64,000 nucleotides of DNA from Monocercomonoides exilis PA203 (taxonomy: Eukaryota > Protista > Preaxostyla), in contig LSRY02000050.1 in NCBI GenBank assembly GCA_001643675.2, forward strand, positions 186,001-250,000, written 5' to 3'. Made by a program: the position numbers and the translations under genes. Under the pieces are notes generated by a model, which was given only the letters and a program-made list of their open reading frames with translations, was not told where the DNA came from and searched no databases. Of this stretch, positions 52,301-64,000 are shown in pieces (the stretch's first letter is position 1; every line of letters starts with the position of its first letter).

Positions 52301-53467
52301 GAAACATCCAGAGATAGCTGAAAAACTGCACTCAAAAAAACCTCCTTCGCTTAGACTCATAATCATTCCTCCACCGCTTTCACTTTGGCTGCTTTTACAG
52401 TCCTTCATCGATGTGTTTTGCACAGACTCGCTACACGGCTCGCTACAAATGCAGCTGATAAGGAAGATTCAGATGACGGACTTTGGAGAAGCGAAAAAAG
52501 CGCGTAACATTTCAACTGAACTATTTCACTGTTAACTTCAATTAATCCTATCAACTCGCCTCTCCACACAGCCTGTGAAAACATGACAACAATTCTTCTG
52601 ATCATCAACTCCATATTGTTCATGGAAACATTTGTCAAATCAATGCTGCTCTCATGTGATGCAGTTAGAACGTGGCCTCAACATTCGATGGATTGAAACT
52701 GTTAGAATAACATTTCGCATATTTTAAACAGGAAACCTCTAACGCAAAATGGAATGTCACTGGAGAAGCGCAGATAAATAGCAAGAGAAAAGCGGCTGAA
52801 CTCTGTTCATTATTCAAAATAATAATGATGACAAATAAGTTTGTTTTTGAATCCATTTTTTTAGAAAAATCGATCACAATTATTTGTTAATGATTATTTC
52901 CGGTCTTTAAATGCTATTGAGCAGATCTAAGTGTAAATACCAGTTGTTTGCATATATATTGATGCAATCCAACACATAATTCAGCATTATTTTAATTATC
53001 TTTATTTGCTCAATAGAAAAAATATATATTTCTTGAAATAAAATACGAAATTCTTCTTTCATCAAATTTTAAAAATGTTAAAACGTGTGAATAACATAGT
53101 TTGAAGGTCCAACAATCAAAGGATGCAATATTGATGCGTTTTGAATCGTTTATTGGGGCAAAAGAATTTAATCAGTTTTATTAACTTTTTGATCCTTTTG
53201 ATCTTTGAAAGATTTTGACGAAAACAACAAAAATCATTCGCAAAACAACATCATTATGAAACAAATAATATATGTATGTTTTTGCAATCAATTTAATAAA
53301 CATAAAAAATACTTGTTTTTTTTCAAAATTTTCGTAACTCAAATAAACTCAGTCTATCTTAAATGAACTCGGTTCATTCAAATGAACCCGATCGATTTGA
53401 ATAAACATGAGTTCATTTGAATAAACCTTGTTTATTTGAATCAAAATAATCTATTCAAAATTCATCT
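49353..53467 (-). mobile_element. Non-autonomous TIR cassette A carrying a surface-protein pseudogene
   Basis: Starts AGATGAATTGTGAATAGATTTTTTTCATTTGAATA and ends ...AATCTATTCAAAATTCATCT. Subterminal ~19-bp repeats. A diverged homolog of cassettes B and C over most of its length. Confidence 0.85.
49950..52800 (-). pseudogene. Decayed type I membrane surface-protein gene (cargo of cassette A)
   Basis: Fragments FCSATGRGGVSFLDC, ENKAFVGRDLY, EQDLLLLVVVYRSETIF and GAMSEPCISLNVALPHII, plus a C-terminal TM helix and tail (IILKILLIGFIMFIACWKKASNEAEDLRQIVDDTIKKDPKAYE at ~50120-49990). Many stops and shifts. Confidence 0.75.
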
Positions 53468-62452
<8,985 letters not shown>

Positions 62453-64000
62453 AGATGAATTGCACAATTTTTGTGTAATTATGAAATTTTTGAAAAAATT
62501 TGAAATTCGTATATGTTATTTTGAAATAATCGAGTAATTTTGAAATTTTTCGGAAGAATTGAAAATAAGGCAGTTATTTTAAGTTCCACCAACAAATTTC
62601 AAGTTAAAAAAATTGTGGGAAAATCTCAAATTTTTCTCAATTTTTTCCCCTTTTTAATATAACTGAAAGGATGTAAAAATAATAAGTGTTTTATTAATTC
62701 AATTAAAAGAAACATTTATTATTGATTATATTCAACAATTTGTGGATGGAAAAATTTTGTTTCGTTGCCAAAAAAAAGTTCGAAAAATTTTCTTGGAAGA
62801 GTTTGGAAAAACAGGAAGTAACAAGTCACAAACATGTGATGAAAATGTTTAATTTGAGTGTATTTAATGATAACAAAGAAAACCTGACATTACTTCTCAT
62901 GAATTCAGATGACATGTTAAAAAAGCATTCAATGAAAATTTTCAGAAAAAGAAACAATTGAGATAATTAAATAGTATTTCTAGGCATTGGAAAACTGTCA
63001 GTGATTAAAGAATTTGACATTTTTCTTATCAATTTTCTTTCTGAACTGGCTTTTGAGTTGATCTCCTTTATCAATTTTTTTTCCATCTCTTTTCTGATGG
63101 AGTATTCTGTCACTTTTCGATAGAACACTCCATCAGCTGGTTCCAAAGAATTACTGTCAATAACGATGTTGGTTAGCCAACATGCTATTTTTGCATCTGC
63201 ATCAATATTCTGTTTTCCACCTGTATACTTATCCGACAATCTGAGCCATAACTTTTTAAGTCGGCCAAAAAAACCATTCCACTGGGATTCTGAACTTTGC
63301 TAGACTTTTATTGAAATTTTCGATTGACTTTTCCATTCTGCCTTGAGATTGACTTTTGTTGCAAGTGGAAGAAGTCATTGAATTACTTGCATTTGAAGAA
63401 GGAAGAGGAGGGTGTGATGCGCAGGGATGAATTGTATCGTTGTTTGAGCTTGAAGTTATAAAAGACGTGTCCGTGGAATTCTGTGAACATGTGTTCGGAA
63501 CAGGTGAAAAAGCCAAAGAAAAAGAAGAATTGAGAATTGATGAAGGGGATTGAGGAATTGAACTTGTTAACGAAGCGAGATGAACTGAAGATGAAGGAGA
63601 AAAAAGTGAAGAAGAAGAAGGAGATTGATTTTGATTTGTGAAACTTGATTTCGAGAGAGGCAAGAATGCAGACGATGAATTTGATTTGGAAGATGAAGAA
63701 AAAGATTGAGGCATTTCTGACACTGAACATGAGACAGCAGCAGACGATGTGGAAATTTCAGAATTCAAAGAGTTGAACGAAGAATCTGATGAATAAATAA
63801 TCTCCGCAGATTCAAATGAAGTTGAAGATGAAATATCATCAGAGATAGTTGAAGAAGGAGAAGGAGAGCAAGAGGAAGAAGAAGTTTCTAATGAAAATGA
63901 CGAAGCCAAAGAAGGAGAGGAAGAAGAAGATGTGGATGGAGAAGATGAGCTTAACGATGAGTTGCATGGAAAAGAATTGGGAGATGAACATGAAATGAAT
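62453..64000 (-). mobile_element. PIF/Harbinger-ISL2EU (PHIS)-type DNA transposon, element D; runs off the window
   Basis: Begins AGATGAATTG exactly where the C/B identity stops, has AT-rich subterminal repeats and contains the 3' end of a DDE_Tnp_4-type transposase. Confidence 0.8.
62967..64000 (-). CDS. DDE_Tnp_4 (IS5/PIF-Harbinger/ISL2EU-like) transposase, C-terminal part; one-base frameshift in a homopolymer; 5' part outside the window
   Basis: Removing one base from the A7 run at 63267-63273 joins ORFs 63256-63909 and 62967-63239 into ENFNKSLAKFRIPVEWFFGRLKKLWLRLSDKYTGGKQNIDADAKIACWLTN, the FN-x6-R-x2-VE-x2-FG-x-LK...C-x-LxN signature. The frame stays open to the window edge. Confidence 0.78.

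Overview
AT-rich eukaryotic DNA with short GT-AG introns and the standard genetic code. The gene families look like those of an oxymonad such as Monocercomonoides (inference). Apparently intact genes, all on the minus strand: a tandem two-domain S41-type membrane peptidase, a member of an expanded helical-repeat family, an Rxt3-domain protein, a ~4700-aa NT-C2/coiled-coil/putative Dilute-domain protein, and a 5-exon TMEM17/216-family ciliary gene that the ORF track misses. Between them lie decayed surface-protein genes and a TA-flanked pogo-like DD35D transposon nested in an older one. The most striking structure is 49.2-64 kb. Three ~4-kb cassettes with AGATGAATT termini alternate in orientation, each carries a decayed surface-protein gene, and (AAT)n/(ATT)n arrays precede or separate them. 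The third cassette is cut by an element with the same terminal decamer that encodes a PIF/Harbinger-ISL2EU-type (DDE_Tnp_4) transposase. All splice models and domain calls were made by eye without database searches.
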